Below are positions 12,493 through 24,554 of a stretch of 64,000 nucleotides of DNA, one piece after another. The notes beneath the pieces are model-generated. The model searched no databases. It was not told the DNA's origin and saw only the letters and a list, made by a program, of their open reading frames with translations. The stretch comes from Priapulus caudatus. Lineage: Eukaryota. Position 1 is the stretch's first letter, and each line of letters starts with the position of its first letter. Made by a program: the position numbers and the translations under genes. The stretch lies in the NCBI RefSeq assembly GCF_000485595.1, contig NW_014577064.1:1062223-1126222 (forward strand). Reading direction: 5' to 3'.

Positions 12493-12849
12493 CGGCGCAA
12501 ATCCACTTTAGGCACCTTAGGCTTATGCTTAGGTATCACGAAGTGATGCACATATTTCTGTGTATCATCAACTGATGCACAGACTTTCCGTATATCAAGG
12601 AATGATGCAAAAACCCTAACCCTAACCCTAAGTAATAAAGTGTAACCTTGGGTTTAGGTATCACGAAGTGTGTTAGGGACTTAGGGACTTTTAGGGACTT
12701 TTAGGGACTTAGGGACTTAGGGTTAGGGGTAGGGTTAGGGTTTTTGCATCATTCCTTCATATACGGAAAGTCTGTGCATCAGTTGATGATACACAGAAAT
12801 CTGTACATCACTTCGTCATACCTAAGGTGCCTAAAGTGGATTTGCACCG
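12493..12849. mobile_element. Foldback element with telomere-like core
   Basis: ~135-bp inverted arms (CGGCGCAAATCCACTTTAGGCACC...GGTGCCTAAAGTGGATTTGCACCG) ending inward in CCCTAA/TTAGGG repeats, with TTAGGGAC repeats in the spacer. Confidence 0.8.
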
Positions 12850-12916
12850 GCTTGTAGTACAGTACTAGTTACCATTACTACTACTAGTAGTACTGCCTAC
12901 TGGTGGCGGTGCTACG

Positions 12917-13213
12917 CACAGGCACTTGGAGCGTTTCAATAAAATATAATGCTAAATAAATAGGAAATCTATTTACCACCATTTTGAAGTCTTAATGTTT
13001 CTATACTCTCTTTCACCTATTATTGGCGACAATTTCCTGTAAATGCCGTCCAAATGCTATCTGTAAACACGCCGCCGCCGCCATTGCTGCTGCCGCTGCA
13101 CACTGACACATTATACATAGGTGAAAGAGAGTATAGAAACATTAAGACTGGTAGTAAATAGATTTCCTATTTATTTAGAATTATATTTGATTGAAACGCT
13201 CCAAGTGCCTGTG
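12917..13213. mobile_element. CACAGG MITE (P- or hAT-type), 8-bp TSD
   Basis: ~100-bp TIRs CACAGGCACTTGGAGCGTTTCAAT...; TSD GTGCTACG at 12909-12916 and 13214-13221. Confidence 0.9.
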
Positions 13214-13451
13214 GTGCTACGCCTGTACTACTGACACTGTTGTATACTATACTAATAGTGCTGATTTTCAGTACTGCGGAACCGCCGAGCCAAGCAAGAG
13301 GGGATCAATTACAGGGATTATTATTGTTCCTGGCAGTAAACAATCATAAACTTGAATTTGTTCTATAAACAATAACCATTACTTCTGCTATTGCACTGCC
13401 CACGTACATGTAGTACAACTATTGCCAGGTTTAGCTGCAGCAGTAGGTGAA

Positions 13452-13532
13452 ATGCCAATTCACTGCACGCAAGAACTACAGGAAAGCAATCCAATGTCTT
13501 GGTTGCCACAACCACAGTCCTCTCGTTCCCAG
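13452..13532 (+). CDS. CCDC117: CCDC117-like protein, coding exon 1
   Basis: ATG CCA ATT...TCC CAG|gtatgt, 81 bp, phase 0, joining the next exon. Confidence 0.6.
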
Positions 13533-13685
13533 GTATGTATATTTGTAAATTGCAAACTACAATGTAAACACCAGTGATTTAATTGAACTGTTCAATTAGT
13601 AATGATATGTGCCTCCTTCGAAACAGGCAGTGTGAATATTTACAGGTAATCATCATCATTATCAGGGTTATCCCCAGGCCTTTAA

Positions 13686-14176
13686 AGCCGCACTATGCGC
13701 ATCTAAACGCTAATTTCTCCAGTACTAGACTAGCAAATACTTTGTGTCATGCATAATCACACTACCTTATGGCAAAATAAACTCTAGTTCCTCCCACTTC
13801 AGTGCGCGTTTGCTTAAAACCCACAAGAAAGAGGTGCGAAATCTGTTAATCTGGCGCCAACGCTAAATTGTTTGCCAAACGATTTCGTCAAGAATCGGTT
13901 AGGTCACGTCACATGTGTTTATCTTTGCTACACCCGTACCGCTGTACCGCAGCACCGCTGCACGGTTGCTTGGCAGAGCAACGCAAAAGTGTCAACAACA
14001 TCGGAGAATTTGAACAACATTGGAGGTATTTTCAAATGCCTTTTATAAGACAACGCGCAGTGAAATGGGAGGAACTAGAGTTTATTTTGTCATAAGGTAG
14101 TGTGATTATGCATGACAAAAAGTATTTGCTAGTCTAGTACTGGAGAAATTAGCGTTTGGATGCGCATAGTGCGGCT
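13686..14176. mobile_element. Kolobok-like MITE in CCDC117 intron 1
   Basis: TTAA|AGCCGCACTATGCGCATC...GATGCGCATAGTGCGGCT|TTAA; ~125-bp near-perfect TIRs. TTAA TSD with AG..CT termini fits Kolobok. Confidence 0.85.
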
Positions 14177-14252
14177 TTAATGCACATCGGGTCCAACATC
14201 CAGGTCCATAAGAGCTATTTTGCAACATGCCATGAATTCTGTGATATGCCTT

Positions 14253-14482
14253 CAGTGTTTCCCCTTACCAAAAAGGTCTGTGAGGAGGTAAATTGTTTTG
14301 AAAAAATGGTGCAATTTGGTGCATTCTAAGCTATTCTGAAAAGACCAGAGACTTTCCAACAGTGATTTTCTTTTTAAGTGATTTTCATCAGCGAGGCAGT
14401 GTTTTAGACAAATTTCTGTGTGGTGGCTGGGAATTTGAGCAAGACGGCCTGCCTCGCCCGTGTCGCTACAGGGGAAATACTG
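14253..14482. mobile_element. Short CAG-terminated MITE
   Basis: TIRs CAGTGTTTCCCCT...AGGGGAAATACTG; no clear TSD. Confidence 0.6.
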
Positions 14483-14906
14483 CTTTAACTGATTGATTTA
14501 CCAGAATTTCCAACTGTTTTTAAATATTTATGTTCCCATTTATTTTCTATATTTTCCTGTTTATTAGGTGAAAATATAATTCCCACAAATATGACAGGTT
14601 ATTAAATGTAAAAAATATAAATAAGTACAACCCCTTCCTGTCGTTTCCCCCATCCATCCATAAATAGCATTCTTTCTGAAATTCTTGGGGCGAACCCTTA
14701 ACCATCACATCAGTATAAGAATTAACCCTAATTGTATCTTAACCCCATCAGATATGTACTGGTTGTCCAGCAGGATTGACCTGATTCTATCATATATCTG
14801 TAGCTGATGAGTGATGACTCGAGTGACTCATTAGAAGTATGCAAGGCATTTATTGCTATTGGTGTATGTGGGTTGACAGGTGTTTAAAGCAACTATTTTA
14901 TTTCAG

Positions 14907-15586
14907 GTTTCTGCTGAATGGCAGCAAACAGTGCCGGCGTTTATGCCATGGACGCACGTAAACGCTGAAGCAGTGCCATTCCCAGCTGTAGAGGGCTGCA
15001 CGCCCTCTGTTCCGTGTCAGCAGTTTGGGCGGGAAAGCCAACCAGTGTTGTGCCGCTCCAAACTCGACAATGTGTTCGGCATTCCAGGCGTAGTGTCGAC
15101 TCAGCCGATTAATCATAACGCAAGCAGACACCTGACTACTGCATCACTGATTCAGTGCTGCCCGCTTCCTACTCGGCAAGAACAGTTTCGTAGTGAAGGC
15201 GAGCCACCACCACCAACAGTTGTGCCCGGCCCTGTTCATCTAAGCACAGTCATCTCTGAACCACGCGCAGATCTCGTGCAACGAGTGCCGACAATGAGTG
15301 GCCCGTGGTCAAGCTTACTAGCACCCTCCTACACGGACAGTACATCGTCGCTGTCGACGAATCCTGAGGGCGTGTACACGACAGCGTGGCATCAACACGA
15401 GAGCATGGTAACTGCATCAAGTGGCAGCCACGAGGTGACGCCACCGTTCATGGCGACGCACGCAAGTCGTCCCGCTGCAAGCTCCATTGAGATTGATCAT
15501 CAACTGAGCCAGGACGCACCAGTGTCGTCGCGGTGCGCTTCACCGCCCTACATGCACGGCGGGTATCATGTGGGAAGCAGTGGCCG
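14907..15586 (+). CDS. CCDC117: CCDC117-like protein, coding exon 2 (S/P/T-rich)
   Basis: tttcag|GTTTCTGCT; long open frame (ORF 14880-15626); donor GGCCG|gttcgt is phase 2 and fits the next exon. Confidence 0.65.
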
Positions 15587-15737
15587 GTTCGTCTACAATA
15601 AAGACTGGTACGCTTGTATTTGCTGAGGAAACGCTGCAGGTGTCTAGCGTCTTAGTTGACAGGCAGACGCCAGCATTAGTATAGGTAGAGTGCAGGTCGT
15701 GTTTGTATGGACGTTTTATGCGGATGGGCCAATTAAA

Positions 15738-15938
15738 GCTGAGAGGGTCTATGTCCCCCAGGGTACTGCCAGAACGTACCCTGGTAGTGGTACTATCTAA
15801 TATGCCGGACCGTACCTCGCCTACTCCACTAACGAGTCTAGGGAGTTGCCTACACCTACTCCCTAACCCTAACCCTATACCCTAACCCTAACCATATCAA
15901 ATAGTTACCAGGCTACGTTCCGGTATACCGGACCGTAC
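15738..15938 (-). mobile_element. MITE family A, truncated copy in reverse orientation
   Basis: Starts GCTGAGAGGGTCTATGTCCCCCAGGG; internal CCCTAA repeats. Confidence 0.85.
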
Positions 15939-16178
15939 TGAATAGATGGTTGGAATAGATACTGGTCAGCAAATCGATGTGATATCACCCATTTAAGCGC
16001 ATTAAGTAAAATAAAAAATATCCGATTTGCTGCGACACTTGTACTTCCTTAAACTGTAGTCATGCACATTTGCATTTGTCACACAAATTTGAAGAACATC
16101 ATTTATATAAAGCCATTGCCTTATATCAGCGATATTATAGACATTAATAAATGTAGTTTTAATATTTTTTTTTTTTAG

Positions 16179-16256
16179 GTGGAAGGACATTCCATCATGC
16201 AGCTATTCTCCAAGAAAACAGAAACGGAAAAAAAATGATGACAACTTCTTTGTTGG
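16179..16256 (+). CDS. CCDC117: CCDC117-like protein, exon 3 (basic KQKRKK motif)
   Basis: (t)n ag|GTGGAAG...GTTGG|gtatgt. Encodes WKDIPSCSYSPRKQKRKKNDDNFFVG. Confidence 0.75.
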
Positions 16257-16304
16257 GTATGTTTATCATAAAAGTATCAGTGCGGATAGCTGAGAATATA
16301 TATA

Positions 16305-16655
16305 CAGGGTGCGAAATTAACAGGAGTCCGGAGTCAAATACTTCCTGATTTACGGTCGGACTCCCTGATTTGACATATGCAGGAGTCCGTGTGACTCCCT
16401 GAAAATTCTGCTATACTACCTAGTTCGTTCCAGAGCAAGGCTTCGTGGAAATACCGTATTTTTTCAGCTAATATCCAAAGAAAATTTGACAGACGTGCAA
16501 CCGCATGAATCGTAAAAATAAGCACATGCGTTATTGTTAATATCTTTAATTTTGAACCTCAGACTCCGGACTCCCTCATTTTGCTACGGACTCCCTATTT
16601 TTGAGGGTAGGGAGTCCGTTGGACTCCCGTGTTCAAAAGTTAATTTCTACCCCTG
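16305..16655. mobile_element. MITE inserted in a TA run
   Basis: TIRs CAGGGTGCGAAATTAAC...GTTAATTTCTACCCCTG flanked by TATA; subterminal GGACTCCC repeats. Confidence 0.82.
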
Positions 16656-16991
16656 TATATAGCTATTCATTTATGTCGACGTGAGTTTACATTTCATTAC
16701 TGCGTTAAGTGTAAATAAGTGCACATGCTAGCTGTTATGTAATAATACATTTATAAATAAATATAAATGAAATTACTCCTTGTTGGTTGTAAAATTCAAA
16801 TTTCATTGCATATGTGACATATATACAGAACTTGATGAGAAGACAAACTACACATTACAAGATAGTATGCTCACATGGACCTTTCCCAGCATCACATACC
16901 CATAAGAATATGATATGGTCTTTATATTGTATCTGTGTCAACATTGATGCCCAGCTTGCTTTGTACACAGTCACTTGTTGTTGTTTTTTAG

Positions 16992-17162
16992 AAATTCTGA
17001 TGGTCCACCAAGAAAGGTACTAGTCAACGAGGAGCGAATGGCTTCACGCATGCAGCAGATGCACATAGACAGCTCATCATTCTCGTCTTCTCTCTCGTGC
17101 GGCCATGCTGCGTATCCCAACAAGATGTCTGGCAAGGATATCCTCGATGAGATTAATGAGAG
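16992..17162 (+). CDS. CCDC117: CCDC117-like protein, exon 4
   Basis: ttttag|AAATTCT...GAGAG|gtgcga. Encodes DGPPRKVLVNEERMASRMQQMHI...ILDEINER. Confidence 0.8.
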
Positions 17163-17451
17163 GTGCGAGGTTTGTGTAGAATATAATAACCGTGGCAGTT
17201 ATTCTGGTTATTCCGCATGATTATTAAATTAAGTACTTAACTACATTAATTTAATTGTATTATTAAATTGTACACATATTGTACACAGATTGTACCAGCA
17301 CTCGGTGACACCCCGGATAACAGGACAGTAATAATAATTGTAATAATTCATCATTGCAATAATATTTAATGGTATAATAATCCATTATTGCCCTCTCCTC
17401 CTGAAACTTAACTGTACTCTGAATTGTAAGGACAAAAAGCAGTACCTTCAG

Positions 17452-17730
17452 CAGGGTTTCTTCTGAGGGAAAATTAGACAAAGGTGGTAATGGCCAGTTT
17501 GGGAAAAAAATGCGCATGATGGATTCAAATACAGGATGTATTGATATACTTATAGGTATATAGATACAGGATATACTTATCAGTAAATACAGGATGTATT
17601 GATATACTTATAGGTATATAGATACAGGATATACTTATCAGTAAATACAGGAACATTTTCACAACGGCGATGTTAAATTTGACAACGGCGGTGCGCCACT
17701 GTGCGTGCCTCTTATGTATAAGAAACCCTG
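17452..17730. mobile_element. MITE with internal ~58-bp tandem duplication
   Basis: TIRs CAGGGTTTCT...AGAAACCCTG, TTCAG on both flanks; AAATACAGGATGTATTG... unit occurs twice at ~17527-17650. Confidence 0.65.
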
Positions 17731-17978
17731 TTCAGCATTGTAAGAGTTACTTTCCTGAATAAAGAAGAATTTACTGTGGTAAGCCTAAGATATAATAAGA
17801 ATAATAAGAATAATATTTTATTACCTTTTGTTTCGGGAGATACCAAATTGTTCTATCTCGGCCAATATATTTAGGCATCACTCATGCAATATATAATTTC
17901 CTGTTGAAATTTAGTTTGGGTTTTTTGGCAAGAGATCCGACAGAACACCCTCGTTATGCTGGCTTTACAACTTTACAG

Positions 17979-18113
17979 ATTGGTTTTAACTAGTGACGAG
18001 GAAGAGGATGATGTGGAAAAAGCTGCAGGTCTGAAGTTGAAGCTTTCTGAACAGTTGAAAAAGACACTTGCCGTGCAGGAACCGATCATACCGAGGAAAT
18101 TACTTGATAGAGT
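17979..18113 (+). CDS. CCDC117: CCDC117-like protein, exon 5
   Basis: ttacag|ATTGG...AGAGT|gtaaga. Encodes LVLTSDEEEDDVEKAAGLKLKLSEQLKKTL...IIPRKLLDRV, resembling the CCDC117 EIEDRI-DEDEE-PSLVLSD core as recalled. Confidence 0.8.
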
Positions 18114-18263
18114 GTAAGAGAATGGTGATAACACTTGTAAATATTTAAAAGTAGAGGTTAAACATTGGAAGAGTTTTACTGGATGCATGTGTTACTTTCC
18201 ATGATCAAAATCATAGAAATAAAATGTTCTGTTTGGTTTTAATATAATGACTTGTCCTGATAG

Positions 18264-18385
18264 GAAAAGACCACATGATTCAATGCAATTGGTGTTGTGG
18301 CAGCCTAACAACGTGGTAAATCTAAAGACATCTTCCAGTCCTACCGTACAGAATGGATATGACAGGGAGCTTTCAAGTCAGAATG
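18264..18385 (+). CDS. CCDC117: CCDC117-like protein, exon 6
   Basis: gatag|GAAAAGA...AATG|gtgtgt. Encodes KRPHDSMQLVLWQP, matching the recalled CCDC117/HCFC1R1 motif RPSMELVLWKP. Confidence 0.8.
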
Positions 18386-18560
18386 GTGTGTGTATTATCA
18401 GAGACTAACAATATCAAGACATGACACGTAGGATACGATAACTTTTTAAGTTACTGGATATGCAATACTGCCACCTGGTGTTAGGTTTGTCCTCCTGCTG
18501 AAACTCTGGTTGTGAAAGCTGAAATGTAAATTTTAATTGAAGTAAATTGTTGTTATTCAG

Positions 18561-18840
18561 AGAAAAGCCAGCCACCGCAAGGTGCTGTTTCTAGTCTTGC
18601 TGATGATTCGCTTGCCAGCATGGAGACATGGATGCATGAAGTAGATGCCCAATCTCACACTGCCGGGGAATTGGAGTCACAGCCCCCGCCGGGATTCATA
18701 AATTCACTTGCAGAGATGCAGCCAGCGTTGTTGGACCCAGCAACTCAAGCCCAGCTTGCATTCCAATTGTCGCCGGAAGCAACCAACAATAACACACTAC
18801 CTCTGGCACATACATTGTGTCTCATGCCAGCATTGTCCGT
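18561..18840 (+). CDS. CCDC117: CCDC117-like protein, exon 7
   Basis: ttcag|AGAAAAG...TCCGT|gtaagc; open frame, phases 1 in and 2 out are consistent. Confidence 0.72.
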
Positions 18841-18999
18841 GTAAGCTTTCCCCATATAAAGGCTTTGCTCATATGATGCTTATGTCAGTACAGTGCTTGA
18901 AATTTCTTTACAGCACGTGTAATCGGTATGTAATGTTTCGGGTGTTTCTTTTAGATGTGAAATGTTAATAGCTCATCTCCTTTTTTTTATTTTCTGAAG

Positions 19000-19060
19000 G
19001 CCTGTCCAACCTCCACTGCCGGCCGTACAAACAGATGCTGATGATGAAATGGAGTTGTGA
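19000..19060 (+). CDS. CCDC117: CCDC117-like protein, last exon
   Basis: tttctgaag|GCCTGTC...GAAATGGAGTTGTGA. Ends DADDEMEL*, like the acidic ...EMEL C-terminus of vertebrate CCDC117. AATAAA follows at ~19235. Confidence 0.8.
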
Positions 19061-22000
19061 CGCACATGGATGTGAATGGCCAACGGTGTTGTAAAAATGT
19101 GAATGAAGCCACACCTAGGACGAATTTGCAGAATGAGAGCTAAGCAGTGCTGCAGTTTGCTTCATATAATAATCGGATGCATGTGGGCTGTGGAGCAAGT
19201 AGCCGCAATATGGACATGAGATAAATTTCACAATAATAAAGCTAAAGTGCTAAGCAGCCTAGTTGCACTTCATCTCTTTTACATAATCTCGTAATAATAA
19301 ATCTTTCATATTTAATCGTGTGTATTGTATATACTTGTAAAAACATCAAATATATAGCTAAAAGTTTCTGTGGTCGTGGAAATGTTTGTGCGAGTTTTTA
19401 GACTATAGATGGCGCCATGAGATAATATCGGTTATCAATGCCAATGTTGGCAGCAGTGGGCTGTTGGACCCCTTGGACCCTGTTGGAAAGTTTTCGTAAT
19501 TTGTAGTAATTACTTGTAATGTGACGTAGAACACGTAGTTGTTTTACATATGTATATGCACAGGTTCAGTTGTAAATTTAAGTGGGTATAACTCTTCTAT
19601 TCTAGGAAGCCGTACTTGTTATTGCCTGCCTACCCATTTTGTCACCTGCAAGTCTGGTCTTGGATTTCAAAAAATGCTATCAGCAAAAACATCTGGAATA
19701 AAACTATACCACGAAAGAAACTCGATTATGCAAGGCTGATTTATACGTTTTGTTACAATGCAATGCAATTTTTATAGTAATGCATAATTCTTGTCAGCAT
19801 TGAGATTCAATATCAATTGGTGCACAATTTGACGTACCCATTCTGTGTTTGCACTTCTCAAGGCATTTTCTGACCTCAGTCATATATTAAAAACCATGAT
19901 GCTAGAAACTTGGCAAGTGGTCAAATAATGCTTAGTATTCTAACAAGTAAAACAATAGTCTTTTCACACAGTCCTTTATTTTACAGCACAAATGACTGGC
20001 TTTTGTAACACAAGCGTGAAATGAGATTACATTGTCTGGTCAAAAGCAAACGCTAATACAGTTTGCCTTAATACACATTTTAAAAATCATGCTATCAAAT
20101 TGACAGTTGTAGCCCGTCCCCTTTTAATGAGGAAAGAAATTGATGGTACGTTTCATCAAAATATCAAGCTATGGCTCCCTGAATTTCTCCTGGCCCTTTC
20201 TCCATGCATTCTGGGCTCACACTGGTACAAATACATGCGCGTACATACATGTCTATAATATCCTGTTATTTTATACATACAAGGGACGAACGTTTTAGGT
20301 TCAATTCCTTCCAAAAAGTGGCATGTGGTGCCTATATATTTGAAAAAGTCTTAAAAGTCAAGTTCCATTAATTGCTCAGAGGGGAAAGGGTCAAGAGAAC
20401 ACATTCAACCAATAGATACTGTTCTTTGCAATGTGCATCTGCATTCACACCAGCTAAAAAGTATGCACCACAACATCACCAATCAAGGTTTGTGATATCA
20501 AAAATCAATGCAACCCACGTCTTTTCACTGCAATTGCTATCCTGTACAATTAACTAGTTCATACAGTAATACTTTCTGCACAACCTCTGCTGAACACTAT
20601 TATGCATACAAGTACAAGATCAAAAAGCTAATAATAATAATTTGGAATGTAAGCACAGGAGCGGTGTATGATACAAGACAAACCGATGACAGATGATAGA
20701 AAGTTCTGATTAGAGAGTTCGTGCGAGTGCATTTTAGCCAACACGTTGTGTGGACATGCCCGGAACCTCAGCAATCATACGGTTAACCACAAATTCCTTC
20801 TTTACATATAATAAATATCAACATCCCCTACGTTCTAGGGGAACTGTTGCAATTCGGTAAAATCCCAAAAGAACTATCATACATCCTTTATATACATAGA
20901 AATATTTTACTATAAACTACAGAGTGCGATATGATCAGTGCTGAGCTGTCGCTGCAAACGCTATGCTTGGGAGACATCACGCTGGTGTGCAATAGGGCAG
21001 AGGAAATGGTACCGAGCGCAGGAGCAACCCCCACACACAGAAAGATAGGACGGCAGGCATGACTGTTCGTACTTCCAGCACCTCCCAGCGGTGAGCAACG
21101 CCCCCCGTACACGTGCGACGCATGACGCACCACTCGACGCCGACTGCCGGCGCTACACGACCCCGGGGAATGCGACACAAGTGTCCCACCACCCAACAGC
21201 TCGTTTACGGACTAGCCTTCTACGCTGCTAACACACCGTGCGACTACGTACCGAGATACGATAACCCAGCCACCAGAGCAGGTGATTCCGTCGCGCTGGT
21301 AGCATCGAGAAGAACTGTCCGTGCACTCCTAGCCAGTGACACAAGTAATGCCAGTGCGGGTCAACACACATACAAGACGCAAAGTGAGTCGACGTGACGA
21401 TTTACACAACCAGCAGATGCAAGAGGGCGGAATTATTCGTGAAGCACCATCATAGGAGAAGCCCGGGTAGAGGGAGAAGCTGTTCGGCTACTAGGCGCCG
21501 CGCGGCACCGTCGATGGCGATCATTGTAGGCTGGCGATGATGAGAAGTTGGCTTCTTTAACCTGCTCTCTAACATCATTGTCACTGTTTCCCACAGAAAG
21601 GAACAGTAGGAGTGAAAGATTCAAAGAAAGAGAGAGAGAGGGGGGAGAGAGAGAGAGAGAGAGGGGTGGAAGTGTGTCGTGCCGTGCGTGCGTGCGTGTG
21701 CGTGCGTGCGTGCGTGCGCACGTGTGTGTGAGAGAGAATCGGGTGGGAAATAGGAGTGGCAGGGTGTGTGATAGGCAGAGGGACGTGGAATGAGAAAATA
21801 AATATAGAAGTGGGTACGAAATGGACGAGGAAGGGGTAGAGAGAAATGGGAAAAAAAGATTGACTGACGGTTTTTATAAGGAAAGAGGGCGGACAGTGGC
21901 ACGGGCACACACGACTCGTTAAGACACACAGAGGTACGCACGTGCACAAATTGGAAGTAGCCAGTGCCCTACTGGTATACCTGTATTAAATCCTGTATAC

Positions 22001-22869
22001 CTGCCAATTAAATACACAACAAATCCTCACCAAAAATTTTGCAACATAGAAGGTGATGTTTCTATATAAGTCAGAACATGAAAAATTCTCAAACTCCGTC
22101 CCCGAAGCAGCTACCCTGATTTTATTACGTCATGGTTTCTGTACTGGCCGCATACTGCAGCGTGATCACACGCTCCAGTGGGAATGCTAGTGATATGCTA
22201 TTTAAATCGAGAATTCTAAAATACCTGACATGAACGAGCAAATAATTTTTGTTTGTCGTGTAAGCGTTGCAAATGCAGCGCAGCCGACACTGCCATTAAT
22301 GAAATACATACAGCGGTGGATGCAATATAGTGAGAATCAGTGATGGCAAAGACACGACGCAACACGATGCAGCTCTAAATATTTGAAACGCCATGGTATC
22401 GACCTGCTTATAAGCAGTACAAGCACATGCGGTTGTACATTTTTCATTTTACGTTCGTCACTTGGAAAAAAATGAAGTTAAGAAAGCCAACCATCCGATT
22501 CATGCTCAGCCACTGATGATGACGGCGGATAATGCCAAAGGCTACTTGCTCGTTGATATTTAATACGCAGACTTTCTTCATACAACGAACTGCGCATTCA
22601 TTACCCGTAGCGAGAAAATTGGGCTGCGCTCGTCGTTAATAAACTTGGGCGTGGCCAGGTGGAAAATGCGTGACCCAGCGCATCGATCGAGCTCGACGGC
22701 AACCGTTCTGTGCTGCCTAAATTACCCGGCGGAAACACAGACACAACTTCTGGAAATGACCTTAGCAGACGAAACCGACATCACGCACGATGATATCATC
22801 AGCGCTGTATGTTTACCCGGGAAGATGTCAATATAATAATTATACCGTGCATGGCGCGTACCCTCGCAA

Positions 22870-22908
22870 GCACGCGCGCGCGCACGCACTCACGCACGCA
22901 CTCACGCA

Positions 22909-22967
<59 letters not shown>

Positions 22968-22981
22968 GCATATATACACAG

Positions 22982-23012
<31 letters not shown>

Positions 23013-23094
23013 CACACGCACACGCACACGCACACGCACACGCACACGCACACACACACGCACACACACGCACGCACGCACGCACACACGCACG
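22870..23094. repeat. (CA)n/(CACG)n microsatellite
   Basis: Directly visible. Confidence 0.95.
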
Positions 23095-24554
23095 AAGGTG
23101 GTGTGCGAGAGATCCAGCAGTGATTTACGCTGCAGCAAAGAAAGTGGCAACAACAATGACAACAATGCCGCACGCTATATATGGTTCGCGGGCAAAAAGG
23201 CGCAAACCTCTCCCTGCTAAATTTACCCGGTCTAGATTGCAGGGAAATTGTATGGTAGCACGCTCGTCGCCGTGGAGTTAATGCATCGCTCAATAAGATA
23301 CTTAAAACTAGTTACTTGTTGCGAGCTTCACGACTGAAAGAAAGAAGCGTCCGATCGATAAAGTGATGCTTTCAACAGCGAACTGGTTTTAATCCAATCT
23401 CTGTCATTCACCGTTTCAAAGATGATCTGGGATGGCTAATGTGTTTACGTACACTGCGACGAACGCCTGCACGCTAGAGAGCAGACGATGTACGGCCTTG
23501 TCTCCAAATGCCTCTCCTAAAAGCAAGACTCGTTAGCTAGAAATCTCAACCGACATGCAATTGAAGGCATTGGATTAACTGCAAGACTTACCGTGAACCC
23601 ACTAGCGACTCTGTAAGTGCTTTAACAATAGGGAATCATAAACGCCGGAGCAAGCGTCGGGATTATACAGAGCAATGATATGTATTTTAAGATGACTACG
23701 TATTACACATTCATACACGTGTCTATTAATGCGGCGGAGCTTTTATTTTGCAGCACATATTTGAACGGAATTATTGGATTCGCGTACATGTCGATTGTGC
23801 CAGACGCTCGCGGTGTAGCATTACTACAGGGATACTTGTGCGAGAGATAAACATAGATTCGCGAGAGATTGAATGTCATGCTGTGCCTGAAAACCTAATA
23901 TCACAATTACTGCTTTCCGAAGGAGTAATTGGCTTCACTGCAACGCATTTTTTGATAGCTCTTAGCATTTTCACAATATACTGTAACTATCTGATACTAT
24001 ATATTATAATGTTTACAAAAATTATGAGTTTAAGTCCGCATAACGCCGTATGGTGAGTGACACCGTAAGAACGCCACGTAACCAGGTAAAAGCAAGTTCA
24101 GCCTCAAATAATATTAATAAATTACTAGACTGACCTAATTTTATCATATTATTTGTTAGGGACTCAGTTTAGGGACTCAACCAAGATGCACAGACGCCTC
24201 TGATTGCACTTCTGACGTTCTGGTAGGAAATGGAAGCAAGTCACGGCAAAATACGGCTGCATTAATTAACCTGGCATTGTGATATAATTTCCTGGGTTGC
24301 TATCCATCATTCCCACTCCATTTGCCAATTTTAAGAATCTCTATTTTGGAATCAGTCGATATAGCCAAAGGGCATCACGAAGATACGTGTGTGATAACGC
24401 TCGCAACGAAAGTAAATATACGCCAACAGAATTTTCCAGGTCTGTGGATTAAAATCGTACTAGACGATGGAAAAAGCAAATTGATGACTAATTTGTCCAA
24501 CCAGCACCAAACGGAACACCTGCACACGTGGAGCGCAGACGTGGCTACACATCG

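Noticed and set aside
12612..12740. Telomere or chromosome-fusion site
   Set aside because: Only a few repeat units, embedded within the inverted arms of a foldback element.
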